A stretch of DNA of 64,000 nt from a phage: sequence record PZ445534.1; one strand, 5' to 3'. The notes beneath the pieces are model-generated. The model worked only from the letters and a program-made list of their open reading frames with translations, did not search any database and was not told the origin of the DNA. The stretch's first letter is position 1. Every line of letters begins with the position of its first letter. Position numbers and translations under genes: made by a program. Shown here one piece after another: positions 8,706 to 18,989 of the stretch.

Positions 8706-10886
8706 CGCCACTGACGCATAAATGCCATTTTTGGCTTTCTTACGACCTTTTGTAATCTCGTGGAGAAGTTCCTCATCCTGTGTCTCCCTACAACGAACAA
8801 TGTCTTCTTCCTTGTTCAGACCAAAGTAAATACTATTCAGTGTATGTGCATCAGTACCTGTGTAGACTTCATAGAGGTCATTCTCAGCATCATAACGCAG
8901 ATACTTGTCAGTTTCTGGGTTAAGATACTTGTCAAGATGCTTGCAGTAGTATCTACCATCATCTTGCTTAGTGAACTCAACTGACTCTTTACCCTCAGTT
9001 ACCGCTTTAGTGAAGTCTTCATCACCCATAAAGTTACAAAGAAGAACTAGCTGGGCTGAGTTTTGGTCTACAGAGACAACGTTAGTACCTTCTTCACAAA
9101 TCCACACCTCCCTCATAGGTGCTCCATAGACAGCAGCACCAGACGGTACGTTTACAATACCATATTGTGTCATACGTCCAGTTGAAGTACCAAACACCAT
9201 TGCACCAGCACTAAGGCGACCATCAGGACGAATCTGGTTCAACCAACCTTTTTCATCATCTTTTGAGTTCTCAATAGTTCTACGTCGGTGCATCAAAGTA
9301 TAGTACTTAGCAATCTTCTGTCCAAGCTCACCTTCAATCGTATCATAAGATGATTCAGTAAGTTTTGGTGAAGTACGGATTAAGCAAGGCTCAAGCAAAT
9401 CTGTGTATTTCTTCACAGACCAGTTATGCTCAATGTACTGGACACCTTCATGCTCAACATAGCTCAAACCACACCGCTCAACCATTTCCTGCCACTTAGG
9501 ATGCTTTGTAATCATCTTTTTATTGTCTTTGAAACGACAAACTTTGATAGGGCGACCATCTGAGTCTTTCTTGTAATTCCAGTCATCTGGAATCCAACCA
9601 ACTGATTTCAAGTAGTCTTTAACAACTGCTACCTGAGTCATACGAGAAACTTCAAACTCAATTGGTGTATATGGTGCATCAATCAAACCTGTGTAGCGAC
9701 TTGACTCAAGTTCAAAGTGGTTAACAACGTGGCTGTTATAGTACTTCACAGTTTTGACTGTTTTTACTGGCTTCCAGTCTTTGCATTTCTTACCAATCTT
9801 TGCGTTCAACTCATTGCAAATTGCACGAGCATCCTTCATTGCTACAAAACCTTCCTTGTACTCTTCACCAGTTACAGAGTTGGTTGGTGTATAGCAATTC
9901 CTTTTTTCAATGTTAAAAATCTTTGTAGTTGGCTTACCAAATGGTTTGATTTCGTATGTCTGCATCTCACCATTACGTACCTGCTGACGATACTTTGTCT
10001 TAGGGTACTTGGTAATTCTTTTCAGTCCATCTGCATGACCAAATGTTTCAACATACTCATTCCAAGCTTTTGCAAACTCTTCTCCAGTGACTTTACCTTT
10101 GGTCTTAATAGTTGGAGGAAGATGTGGTTCAACCTCTGAAGCAAGCTCATTAGTCAACTTGTCAAGTTCCTTTACATGGAACTCCATAAGCTCTTTATCA
10201 GCTTTCCAACCATTAATAGCTTGTTGACTCATCCAGAAAGATGTTTCTTTAGCTCGCATGTAGGTTTCATAAGTGTCTATGCCACACTTCTTAAGCTTGA
10301 GATACTCATTATCAAGTGCCCGTTTAGTTTTGGCGTTAATACGGATATCTTCTACAACACGAGTGAAGATTTCTGCATTCCACACACCCCAATGTTCAAT
10401 CTCTGGTTTACGAACACCAACACGAGCACCCCATGCAGCCAAGCCATGAGCACCTTTATAACCCTTTGGAGTTGGTCTATCCATCCACTGAACACGAGAC
10501 TGGATAAGAGAATCCTGAAAGAAATTACTCCACGGCTTACACTTTGGATTATCAAAGTTCCATAAATCCGGTGCAATGTGATTGAAAACCCACCAGTCAT
10601 AACCTAGACCATTATGAATGCAAAGACGTTTTGCCTTTAACGCAAACTCAACACCTTCACGTAAGCCACCCTTAATGTACTTGGTATACTTGTGACCGAG
10701 GATAGGCTCATCTGTAAAGACCCATACAGGCGGCTCTTTATCGTCAGATTTATAGTCTGCGAAAGCCATTACGTGCACTTTAGTGAACTCAAGGAGTAAA
10801 CCATCAGTTTCTGTATCACCAACTAAATGTAAGTTTTTAAAATCTACGTTTTCCATTTTTACTCCCTCTAAAATCATTAACCTCAT
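8673..10886 (-). CDS. DNA polymerase (family A, T7 gp5-like) upstream exon/fragment with 3'-5' exonuclease domain
   Basis: Exo motif VGDTETDG near N-terminus; ORF ends inside motif B (RKKAKNGIY...) shortly before an in-frame stop. Confidence 0.85.
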   Translation of the reverse strand: MRLMILEGVKMENVDFKNLHLVGDTETDGLLLEFTKVHVMAFADYKSDDKEPPVWVFTDEPILGHKYTKYIKGGLREGVEFALKAKRLCIHNGLGYDWWVFNHIAPDLWNFDNPKCKPWSNFFQDSLIQSRVQWMDRPTPKGYKGAHGLAAWGARVGVRKPEIEHWGVWNAEIFTRVVEDIRINAKTKRALDNEYLKLKKCGIDTYETYMRAKETSFWMSQQAINGWKADKELMEFHVKELDKLTNELASEVEPHLPPTIKTKGKVTGEEFAKAWNEYVETFGHADGLKRITKYPKTKYRQQVRNGEMQTYEIKPFGKPTTKIFNIEKRNCYTPTNSVTGEEYKEGFVAMKDARAICNELNAKIGKKCKDWKPVKTVKTVKYYNSHVVNHFELESSRYTGLIDAPYTPIEFEVSRMTQVAVVKDYLKSVGWIPDDWNYKKDSDGRPIKVCRFKDNKKMITKHPKWQEMVERCGLSYVEHEGVQYIEHNWSVKKYTDLLEPCLIRTSPKLTESSYDTIEGELGQKIAKYYTLMHRRRTIENSKDDEKGWLNQIRPDGRLSAGAMVFGTSTGRMTQYGIVNVPSGAAVYGAPMREVWICEEGTNVVSVDQNSAQLVLLCNFMGDEDFTKAVTEGKESVEFTKQDDGRYYCKHLDKYLNPETDKYLRYDAENDLYEVYTGTDAHTLNSIYFGLNKEEDIVRCRETQDEELLHEITKGRKKAKNGIYASVAHVKRCELLEA

Positions 10887-11113
10887 ACATTACTGCAAAA
10901 AATTATAAAAAGCAAGTTGACAATGCACTTGACAAGGTGTTAATCTTTGCGAAGTGGGTTTTTACTTAAAAGGTTACTTAACAGTTTAACTATACAGATA
11001 CTTTAAAACTCTTAAAAGATTATTTAATAGCTTTTAAAAAGCTTTAAAATATAACGTATAGAATACGTTAAGATAAAAGATTAAAACTTAATAGTTACTT
11101 AAAAGAGGCTTAC

Positions 11114-11536
11114 ATGCAGAAAATGTTTGTTCACCCAGACATAGCTGACTTTGTTAGAGCTTTGCAGAAGTTGGAAGAACTTGACATTGCTGCTCAACGG
11201 GAATATGCTCACCATCACAGGAGAATGGTTGATATACAACATGAAATAGAGTTGTCTGAAAACTATGAAGATGACTTAAAATGCTCTGTATTTGAGCATA
11301 TGAAAGATGTTGCTACAGCTAGACGTAAAGCTAAAGACACAGTTGCTTTACTAGATTCTCTTAAAAAGAGGTTGCAAAGTGGTACAGACCTGTGTAATCT
11401 AGCGTCACTGATTAACGATGTTGAAACTTCTTGGGATAGGCACTATTATCCACGTTCTGAAAAGACACTTGACTTTTCTTCATCAGAAAACTTAAAATGT
11501 TCTAGAAAGAAACTTAACCAACTGAGAGAGAAATAA
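11114..11536 (+). CDS. hypothetical protein
   Basis: 140-aa ORF, first gene of plus-strand block. Confidence 0.35.
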   Translation: MQKMFVHPDIADFVRALQKLEELDIAAQREYAHHHRRMVDIQHEIELSENYEDDLKCSVFEHMKDVATARRKAKDTVALLDSLKKRLQSGTDLCNLASLINDVETSWDRHYYPRSEKTLDFSSSENLKCSRKKLNQLREK

Positions 11537-11537
11537 T

Positions 11538-12338
11538 ATGAATATCGATGTAGAAAAGATGCTTGAAGAGAAAGGTATTGATGAAGCATTTTTAATCAAT
11601 GCCGTAGAAAGCATGGCTATGATTCTTCGTGGCAACAACTACACAGAAAAGTTTATGCCTGCAAGCTATAACTTGCCTGAAGACAAGTCTGATAACGGTG
11701 CTTTTGCAGAACAGGTTAATATGATGTTGACAGACACTACACTTGCTCTGGCATCTATTGCGGTTGGTGTTGATGCACTTGCTGAGTTCATTTTTTATGA
11801 AATGCAAAAGAATGACTATATCAGGATGTCAGACGAAGATAAGGAACTGTTGCTGACTAAGGACACTGATTTCATTATTGATACGCTTATCTCATCAACG
11901 AGTGCTGTTATGGCTGTTCTTGAGAAGCGTATGGAAGAGAAACTTTCACGATATGAAAAACTTGATTGGGGCGTAGAAGAATTAAACCCACGAATCAAAG
12001 AGATTATCCAGCAAACTAAAGAGTCTTTGGAAGAAGCTGTTGAAAATGACTCTGTAGCTGACATTGAACCACTTCAGGTGAAAGTTGCACTGATGATTCC
12101 AGCTATATCTACGATGATGAATATCGTTGCACTAATCCAACTGTCACAGATGATGGGTGTGAGTATTGAGTTCATTGAGGAAATGACTGGTGGCGTTAGT
12201 ATGCAAGCAATCAATGATGTTTTGGTGAACATTGGTGCTTCAATCATTGAAGAGAAACTACGCATTAACTTCGGTGATGATTTTGTGAAGCAAATCTCAG
12301 CTATGGCTGAAAAAGAGTCTGCTGAGCAACTGCACTAA
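11538..12338 (+). CDS. hypothetical acidic protein
   Basis: 266-aa ORF, tightly coupled to upstream gene. Confidence 0.4.
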   Translation: MNIDVEKMLEEKGIDEAFLINAVESMAMILRGNNYTEKFMPASYNLPEDKSDNGAFAEQVNMMLTDTTLALASIAVGVDALAEFIFYEMQKNDYIRMSDEDKELLLTKDTDFIIDTLISSTSAVMAVLEKRMEEKLSRYEKLDWGVEELNPRIKEIIQQTKESLEEAVENDSVADIEPLQVKVALMIPAISTMMNIVALIQLSQMMGVSIEFIEEMTGGVSMQAINDVLVNIGASIIEEKLRINFGDDFVKQISAMAEKESAEQLH

Positions 12339-12356
12339 GTCTTTATAAATCTTACA

Positions 12357-12381
12357 AGCCTCCTTAGTTGGGGGCTTTTTA
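12357..12381 (+). terminator. rho-independent terminator
   Basis: AGCCTCC/GGGGGCT stem followed by TTTTT. Confidence 0.55.
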
Positions 12382-12399
12382 GTAATTAAGGGAGATAAA

Positions 12400-13143
12400 A
12401 TGAGTAATATTATCGCATTTACTGGAAAGGCACGTTCTGGAAAAGACACCTCATGTTCTATTGTGAAGAACATCTTAGAGGATGAGTATGGCTACAATGT
12501 TGCTGTAATGGCCTTTGCAGACAACCTTAAACTATCTGCATCAAAGATATTTGACTTGACTTGGAATGACCTGTACGGTGAAACTAAAGAGACTCCGCAG
12601 GTATTTGACTTATCATATCATGAACTGATGTTTAAAGTTACGGAAGCTATGGAGTTCACCTTCAGGGATGAACGTTACCATATGGACTTCAAGCTTATGT
12701 CAGAGTTAACCGGACGATTAATCATGGAGCTTAAGAAGGTTGCTAAACCGACTCTATTGACACGTCTGGGGTTTAGTAAAAAGTATAAATTCTCATCAAG
12801 ACAAATTCAACAGATTTGGGGTACTGAAGTTGTCCGTAAAGTAATGGGCGACAAGTTCTGGTCTAAAGACCTTGAAAAAAGAATGGTTAGATTCCATGAA
12901 ATGTGCTCACTTAGAAACCAATATGGTTTTGTCTTAATCAGTGATTTAAGATTTGACTCTGAAGCTGAATGGCTGAGTAGATTTGCACACCAAACTATTG
13001 AAGTAAAAAGAGACAATGTGGACAAAGTTTCATCACATGTTTCAGAAAATGGGATTTCTACAAAATATGAGCGTGACATTATTCATAATAATGGTACTCT
13101 TGCAGACCTTGAGAACAAGCTAAGAGCCATCATTAAAGTTTAA
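12400..13143 (+). CDS. deoxynucleoside monophosphate kinase (T4 gp1-like)
   Basis: P-loop FTGKARSGKDT near N-terminus, length 247 aa. Confidence 0.6.
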   Translation: MSNIIAFTGKARSGKDTSCSIVKNILEDEYGYNVAVMAFADNLKLSASKIFDLTWNDLYGETKETPQVFDLSYHELMFKVTEAMEFTFRDERYHMDFKLMSELTGRLIMELKKVAKPTLLTRLGFSKKYKFSSRQIQQIWGTEVVRKVMGDKFWSKDLEKRMVRFHEMCSLRNQYGFVLISDLRFDSEAEWLSRFAHQTIEVKRDNVDKVSSHVSENGISTKYERDIIHNNGTLADLENKLRAIIKV

Positions 13144-13151
13144 AAGAGAGA

Positions 13152-13352
13152 ATGAAGATGAGAGTAAAAGACAATTTTAAAGTTATTGACCACCGTTTAG
13201 TGGAACTCTCATCTCTTTCCAATGAGGTAATGATTGAACGTCTTAAGAGAGTTGAATCACGAAGGAAAGAGATTGCAGATGAAATTCATGAACTGGACAA
13301 GATTGAAAATGGATTGAAGGCAGAACTACAACGAAGAGGTGCTAATGTCTAA
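13152..13352 (+). CDS. hypothetical small protein
   Basis: 66-aa ORF. Confidence 0.3.
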   Translation: MKMRVKDNFKVIDHRLVELSSLSNEVMIERLKRVESRRKEIADEIHELDKIENGLKAELQRRGANV

Positions 13353-15330
13353 AGGTCGTAAATTGAAAGAGGCTGGTCAGTTTGTTGGTCATTGCGCATG
13401 TCCACGTTGTGGTTCATCAGATGCTGGTTCAATCTATCATCATGACGATGATTCTTATTCAATGACTTGCTTTAGTTGTAACAAAGGTTTCCCAGAGTGG
13501 GATTTTGATAAAGGACAAATCGTGAGCACTTATTCTACTGGTTCAGACAATAAAAACCGTACTTTCCGTGGAATGGATTTAGACGATGTAAAAGAAAACC
13601 TTGAAGCAATGGACTTAAAGGATAGGAAGATTCCTGCAAAAGTCCTTGAACGCTTAGGTATCAAGGTTGACATTGACAGTGACGGTGAAATTGATGCGCA
13701 CTTCTATCCAACTTACAAACGTAATGAAGATGGTAAGCTAGAACATGTTGGCTACCGTGTTCGTCACCGTTACCCAGAAGACCATCCAAAAGAGCACCTA
13801 CGTGGTAAGCTAAAAGACTTTTCTGGTGGTGTTGGAGACATTAAAGGTGAACTAGCAATGTTCGGTTCATGGATTGCTCCAGAAGGTGGTAACCGTCTAT
13901 TCATCTGGGAAGGTGAGATGGAATGTGCGACAGCAATCTATATGACTTCTCTTGCGATTAAGGACAAGTCTCGTCGTAAGAATTACTGTCACGTATCTGT
14001 TCCATCAGGTGCAAACATTAAGTCTATCAAAGACAACTATCAGTACATCACATCATTTGATGAGATTTACTTGTGCTTTGATAACGATGAAGCAGGTGCT
14101 AAAGCTACCAAAGAGGCTGCTGGTATCCTACCTATTGAGAAGGTTCGCTTATTCCAGTATCCAGAAGGCGTAAAAGACCTTAACGAGTGGTGGACAAAGT
14201 TCTATAAAGAGAAAGATACAGTTCTGGAAGGATTTAAGCAGCGTATCTACAATGCACCTCGTTACTGTCCTGCTGGTATCAAGAACTTTGCAGATGGTTT
14301 TGAGGCAATGAAGAATCGTGGTCAGATTCCATTGATTCCTTTCCCAGAATCTTTCGGAGATTTGAACAGGCTGACTTATGGTGGTTATGGTCTAGGTGAG
14401 ATTACAACTATTGCAGCCCCATCTTCAGTAGGTAAGTCAGCTTACACTCGTGAGATGATTTACTCAGCTTGGAAAGAAACTGATTATAATATCGGTGTAA
14501 TTCCTGTAGAAGATACCTATGAAGAGTTGATGGAGATGCTCTGTGCAATCCACTTAAGCAAGCAGATTTCTGAGATTCCTTATGATGAACGAGATTGGGA
14601 TGAATTAAAGGGAGCACACGCCGAGCTTTCAAAAGGTCGTCGCATCAATATCGTTGACCATCAAGGGGCAATTGACCAAGATAACCTGCTGGAGTTTGTT
14701 GACTATCTTGTTAATAGCTTAGACTGTAAGATTATCATTCTTGACCCTATTACGTTGGCTCTGTCACGTTCAGATACGGATGAAGAGGAAGTTTTATCTG
14801 AGCTATTGCGTCGTTGCAAACGCTACCAGTATGCACAGGTAAACGTCTGTCACGTTCGTAAGAGTGCAGGTGGTCAGAAAGCTAACTCTGAAGGTGGAGA
14901 TATCTCTGAAGAGGACATTAAAGGTTCTGGTGCGTATTTCCAGATTTCCATGAACAACATTCTGTTAATGCGTAACAAGGTTGACCCAGACCCTGTTAAG
15001 AAAAACTTGACAAAAATTAAGTTAACTAAGTGTCGTCGTCATGGCAAGTCAACAGGTATTGCTGGTCATACTTGGTACAATCCAGACACAGGACGTCTTA
15101 TCAAAGCTTCTGGATGTGGTGTTGACATTGATGGTGCAGCAGAAAATATTCGTCAACAGTTTGGTATTGGTGAAGCCGAAGACCATTATGACGACTCTTT
15201 GCCTCATTATGAGGATGAAGTGTTTGACCGTGAGACTGGTGAAGTCTATACTGAAGAACAGCGTCAAAGCTCAACGATTCCACCTGTATTAAGTGAGGAT
15301 GCAGATGACTGCCCGTTTGAAACTGAGTGA
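13339..15330 (+). CDS. DNA primase/helicase (T7 gp4-like)
   Basis: N-terminal zinc finger CPRCGS...CFSCNKG, TOPRIM-like FDNDEAGAKA, DnaB-like Walker A AAPSSVGKSAY. Confidence 0.9.
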   Translation: MLMSKGRKLKEAGQFVGHCACPRCGSSDAGSIYHHDDDSYSMTCFSCNKGFPEWDFDKGQIVSTYSTGSDNKNRTFRGMDLDDVKENLEAMDLKDRKIPAKVLERLGIKVDIDSDGEIDAHFYPTYKRNEDGKLEHVGYRVRHRYPEDHPKEHLRGKLKDFSGGVGDIKGELAMFGSWIAPEGGNRLFIWEGEMECATAIYMTSLAIKDKSRRKNYCHVSVPSGANIKSIKDNYQYITSFDEIYLCFDNDEAGAKATKEAAGILPIEKVRLFQYPEGVKDLNEWWTKFYKEKDTVLEGFKQRIYNAPRYCPAGIKNFADGFEAMKNRGQIPLIPFPESFGDLNRLTYGGYGLGEITTIAAPSSVGKSAYTREMIYSAWKETDYNIGVIPVEDTYEELMEMLCAIHLSKQISEIPYDERDWDELKGAHAELSKGRRINIVDHQGAIDQDNLLEFVDYLVNSLDCKIIILDPITLALSRSDTDEEEVLSELLRRCKRYQYAQVNVCHVRKSAGGQKANSEGGDISEEDIKGSGAYFQISMNNILLMRNKVDPDPVKKNLTKIKLTKCRRHGKSTGIAGHTWYNPDTGRLIKASGCGVDIDGAAENIRQQFGIGEAEDHYDDSLPHYEDEVFDRETGEVYTEEQRQSSTIPPVLSEDADDCPFETE

Positions 15331-15804
15331 TAGTTATAAAAGAGAGGGATTCATACCCTTCTTTCAAGAAAAAAGTTTAAATGAATTTCAGGAAGAGTGT
15401 TTGACAAAGATTGATAGGTTCTATAGAATGCTCTACATGAAATGTGATGGAGGTGTTGAGGTAGAAGAAAAGTTCCATCATAGTATTATCACAGTCACTA
15501 TTACTATACCTGAACATAATATTGGTTGGCTGTTTATAATGAAAGAAAATGTGTTTGAATATCAAGTATATCGGAGAATATCATGAAACACTCTAAAGCA
15601 TTTGAAAAAGTTTTTGGGGATTCCTTAAAAGCCACTGCTGGAAAACCAGCAAAATACTATGAAGAGAAGCGTGTAAGAACTGGAAAAACTGCACGTAAAG
15701 CAGCTTCTAAAGATAAGCACAACTTCCAGTAATTAGTATTTGACAATAGAGTATCAACAAATTAGAATTGGTACTCTTCATAAATTGAGATAGAGGTTTA
15801 AATA

Positions 15805-16662
15805 ATGTCTAAAGTTGTTAAAATGAAAGCTCCGGTAGAGAAGTACAACGGTACTGAACGTCAAACTCTGCGTTACCTGCTGAAAGATGTCTGGTTTTAT
15901 TACCTGAACACTTCACCACGTCCGGGAAAAGGTAAGTCTATTGATAAGAAATTCCCAGGAAAAGATTGTAACTACAGCGTATCAATTCTGGCAGAAGACG
16001 GTAACAAACTGTTTAAAGAGTTTACTAAGTCTAAGAAAAATCCAGAAGGCTGGGATAAAGTTACTACTGAAGCAGTTGATGCAGATGACTTCGAAGAGAA
16101 GTTTGGTTGTAAACCACCTTTTGAAGCAGACACTTACTACATCTTGAAAGTAAGTCGTGCAGCAGCTTATAAAGATGGTGCTGTATGGACAGCTAAACAG
16201 TCATTCCCTGTAATGCTGATTGAAGAAGTAAATGGTAAGCGTGTAGCTGTTAAGCAGCCGATGAAGAAAATCAAAGCTCAAGCATCTGATAAACATGAAG
16301 ATGACAAGAACTATGATGTAATTCATCCAGATATTGCAGTTGGCAACGGTTCTTTTGGTAGTGTGATTCTTTCTACTCACTTCTACACTTTTGAGAACAA
16401 TGTTCTGACAAAACCTATTCAGGAACAGTTTATCATTGACACTCTTGTACCTTACACTGGTGGTAACGGTGCTAATGGTGAGCCTGAACTGGATGAAGAT
16501 GAACTGGCTATGCTTGGTCTTGATGGTGTTGAAGATAACGGTGAAATCACTGAAGAAGACGCAACAGACCATAAACCTTCGAATGCTTCTGATGATGGTG
16601 ATGATGAAGATTTACCAGACCCAGATGACGAAGAAGATGAAGACTTCGATACAGAAGACTAA
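15805..16662 (+). CDS. putative ssDNA-binding protein (gp2.5-like, acidic C-terminal tail)
   Basis: Position between primase-helicase and exonuclease; C-terminus DDGDDEDLPDPDDEEDEDFDTED. Confidence 0.4.
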   Translation: MSKVVKMKAPVEKYNGTERQTLRYLLKDVWFYYLNTSPRPGKGKSIDKKFPGKDCNYSVSILAEDGNKLFKEFTKSKKNPEGWDKVTTEAVDADDFEEKFGCKPPFEADTYYILKVSRAAAYKDGAVWTAKQSFPVMLIEEVNGKRVAVKQPMKKIKAQASDKHEDDKNYDVIHPDIAVGNGSFGSVILSTHFYTFENNVLTKPIQEQFIIDTLVPYTGGNGANGEPELDEDELAMLGLDGVEDNGEITEEDATDHKPSNASDDGDDEDLPDPDDEEDEDFDTED

Positions 16663-16681
16663 TCTCTAAAAGTTACTTTAA

Positions 16682-16708
16682 AGCCCTGTACTTAGTATGG
16701 GGCTTTTT
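16682..16708 (+). terminator. rho-independent terminator
   Basis: AGCCC/GGGCT stem plus TTTTT. Confidence 0.5.
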
Positions 16709-16724
16709 CATATGGAGAGCCATA

Positions 16725-17771
16725 ATGGAGAAGTACACATTAACAAAACTTCCCGATTCAGTTACACATGTTTTTATTGACTCTGACAGTATTGCCTATA
16801 AAGGTGCTTGTGTAGTTGAGAAAGCAAAGTATAAATATGTCAATAAACTCACAGCAGAAGAATCTGAACCATTTGATAATGCGAAAGATGCTGCAAGATG
16901 GTTAGCAGACCAGAGAATCCTTGTGGAAGAACTTGGCCTGACATTTGATGAAGATGAATGGGAAAGACAGACTTGGAAAGAAGCTAAGAGTGAAAAAGAA
17001 GCTATCATGGCTACTCAACAGGTTCTTCAGGAATGGCTTAAGGTTGTTGGTAAAGAGAGAATTTGGGTAGGTTATCTAACAGAGAAAGGTGTGCATAAGC
17101 ATAAAGACATTAAAGGTCTTGAGCACCAATATCAAGGTAACCGTAAAGATGCTGTCACACCAACACACTTAGTTGCTTGTCGTGAGTATCTTCTGTCAAG
17201 ACCAGAGTTCAAACTAATTCTTGATGGATTTGAAGCCGATTCTATCGTTATTGCTAAAGCTGAAAAGATGGGTAAAAAGGCTGCCTTGATGAGTATTGAT
17301 AAAGACCTTCGTCAAGCTGAAGGGACTTACTGCATTGATATGACCTATGAAAAGTCACCTTTGATTTTCATTGCTGACAACAACGTAGGTGAAATTTGGG
17401 ATTGCCCAATAAAATCGACACCAAAAGCTAAGAAGACAGTTGGGGTAGGTTTTAAATTTCTTTGTTACCAAGCTGTGGCTGGTGATAATGCTGATAATTA
17501 TTTTGGTTTAAAGGGCGTTGGTAAGGCTACTGTAATGAAAGCACTTGAAGGTAAAACCACCTACAAAGAGTGTCTTGATGCAATTTATGAGCTTTATGCT
17601 AAGAAAGAGTCATACACTTATGTCTCGTGGGATGGTCAAACAATTACCAGAACACCTTTAGAGTTAATGCAGCAACACTTTTTCTTAGCTTATCAGGAAA
17701 GAAACAAGAAAGACGATTTTACTTTTGATAAGTATGGGTGGACACCAAATGTTAACTCAACAAACTCTTAA
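16725..17771 (+). CDS. 5'-3' exonuclease / flap endonuclease (FEN family, T7 gp6-like)
   Basis: Acidic cluster FIDSDSIAY near N-terminus, AGDNADNYFG and H3TH-like LKGVGKATVMKAL. Confidence 0.65.
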   Translation: MEKYTLTKLPDSVTHVFIDSDSIAYKGACVVEKAKYKYVNKLTAEESEPFDNAKDAARWLADQRILVEELGLTFDEDEWERQTWKEAKSEKEAIMATQQVLQEWLKVVGKERIWVGYLTEKGVHKHKDIKGLEHQYQGNRKDAVTPTHLVACREYLLSRPEFKLILDGFEADSIVIAKAEKMGKKAALMSIDKDLRQAEGTYCIDMTYEKSPLIFIADNNVGEIWDCPIKSTPKAKKTVGVGFKFLCYQAVAGDNADNYFGLKGVGKATVMKALEGKTTYKECLDAIYELYAKKESYTYVSWDGQTITRTPLELMQQHFFLAYQERNKKDDFTFDKYGWTPNVNSTNS

Positions 17772-18240
17772 AGAGTACCTACATTATGACCCCGAAACAG
17801 GGGTCTTTACTTGGATTAAGAAATCTGCTAGACACACAAAAATTGGCTCTGTTGCAGGTACAAACTTAAGAGGGTATACCAGAATTTATTTGTTTGGTAA
17901 GGGCTATTATGCACATACCCTAGCCGTTCTGTATATGGATGGATACCTACCTGAGTGTGTTGACCATAAAAATCATGTAACACTAGACAATCGCTGGGTA
18001 AATCTTAGGGCATGTACGTTATCAGAGAACCAATGTAATAGGTTGCTCAATAAGAACAATAAATCAGGTGTTAAAGGTGTGTACTACAAAAAACAGTATG
18101 GTAAGTGGTCTACACAGATAACTTTTAAGAAGAGGGTTTACTTCTTCGGCAACTATGACACTATTGATGAAGCAGCAGAGGTTGTAAATAGGGAACGTCA
18201 ACGTTTACACAAAGAGTTTGCTAATAAAGGTGATGAATGA
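17725..18240 (+). CDS. HNH homing endonuclease with AP2-like domain (paralog of 7353-7886)
   Basis: LHYDPETGVFTW N-terminus, VDHKNHVTLDNRWVNLR HNH core, SGVKGVYY...GKWSTQI AP2-like. Confidence 0.7.
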   Translation: MISMGGHQMLTQQTLKEYLHYDPETGVFTWIKKSARHTKIGSVAGTNLRGYTRIYLFGKGYYAHTLAVLYMDGYLPECVDHKNHVTLDNRWVNLRACTLSENQCNRLLNKNNKSGVKGVYYKKQYGKWSTQITFKKRVYFFGNYDTIDEAAEVVNRERQRLHKEFANKGDE

Positions 18241-18737
18241 GAAAAATAAAAGGTTTTGGCAATTGCCCTGAATATGGACATTGGGTTTCACTATGTGGTG
18301 AAGTTGACCCAGCAAAGCACTTTGGTTTTGTCTACCTAGTGTACTGCAAAAAGACTGGACAGTACTATTTGGGTAAAAAACAGCTTAACAGTGTGACCAA
18401 AAGAAAAGTTGCTGGGAAGACTCGGAAGAAGATAGTCACTAAGGAAAGTGATTGGATGACTTATGAGACTTCTTCTGAGTATATTAAAAAAGATATTGAA
18501 AGCTTTGGAAAAGAATTTTTTGACTTTTACATTATTCAGACCTACTACACAAAAGGTGGCCTAGTCTATGGTGAAGCAAACCTTCAACATAAATTCGATG
18601 TAATGACAAAAAGGATTGACTCGAAGCTCAGACTCTTCTACAATGCCAATATTGCAGCAATTAAGTTTATTACTAAAGAAACTTATGAAGATGCTGAAAA
18701 AAGAATCCATAAGGTAATGAAAGCAAACTGTGCTTGA
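18237..18737 (+). CDS. putative GIY-YIG homing endonuclease
   Basis: GFVYLVYCKKTGQYYLGKK matches GIY-(10 aa)-YIG spacing. Confidence 0.5.
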   Translation: MRKIKGFGNCPEYGHWVSLCGEVDPAKHFGFVYLVYCKKTGQYYLGKKQLNSVTKRKVAGKTRKKIVTKESDWMTYETSSEYIKKDIESFGKEFFDFYIIQTYYTKGGLVYGEANLQHKFDVMTKRIDSKLRLFYNANIAAIKFITKETYEDAEKRIHKVMKANCA

Positions 18738-18743
18738 TAACTA

Positions 18744-18989
18744 TTGAGAGAGAATAAAATGTTTAACAAAAGTAAAGCTGTGAGTCATGTAGCAAAGGTT
18801 GACAGCAAGATTGAAGAACTTGAGCGCATTCTTGCAAATGCCAGAGAGTCAATAATTAAAGAAGTTGAAGCTGTTGAATCTCAAATGCAACACCTAATGC
18901 TTAAACGTCAAGAGTTACGTGAGCATCTGGAATATATTGAAACACGAGAGCTAAAGGTTAACAGATTTTTAAGGAGTCCAAATGTTTAA
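18744..18989 (+). CDS. hypothetical coiled-coil protein
   Basis: 81-aa ORF. Confidence 0.3.
   Translation: MRENKMFNKSKAVSHVAKVDSKIEELERILANARESIIKEVEAVESQMQHLMLKRQELREHLEYIETRELKVNRFLRSPNV

Noticed and set aside
9717-10565. Antisense ORFs inside the DNA polymerase gene (9717-10139 +, 10176-10565 +, 10352-10600 -); similar cases inside nrdA, NAMPT-like, rIIA-like, DHFR and the ligase
   Set aside because: Embedded in or opposite to long conserved coding regions, hydrophobic or low-complexity translations, no RBS; typical shadow ORFs.
15293-15586. ORF 15293-15586 overlapping the 3' end of the primase-helicase gene, and a roughly 49-aa ORF at 15584-15733
   Set aside because: The first overlaps a conserved gene in another frame without an RBS; the second is below the size where coding can be supported without comparative data.
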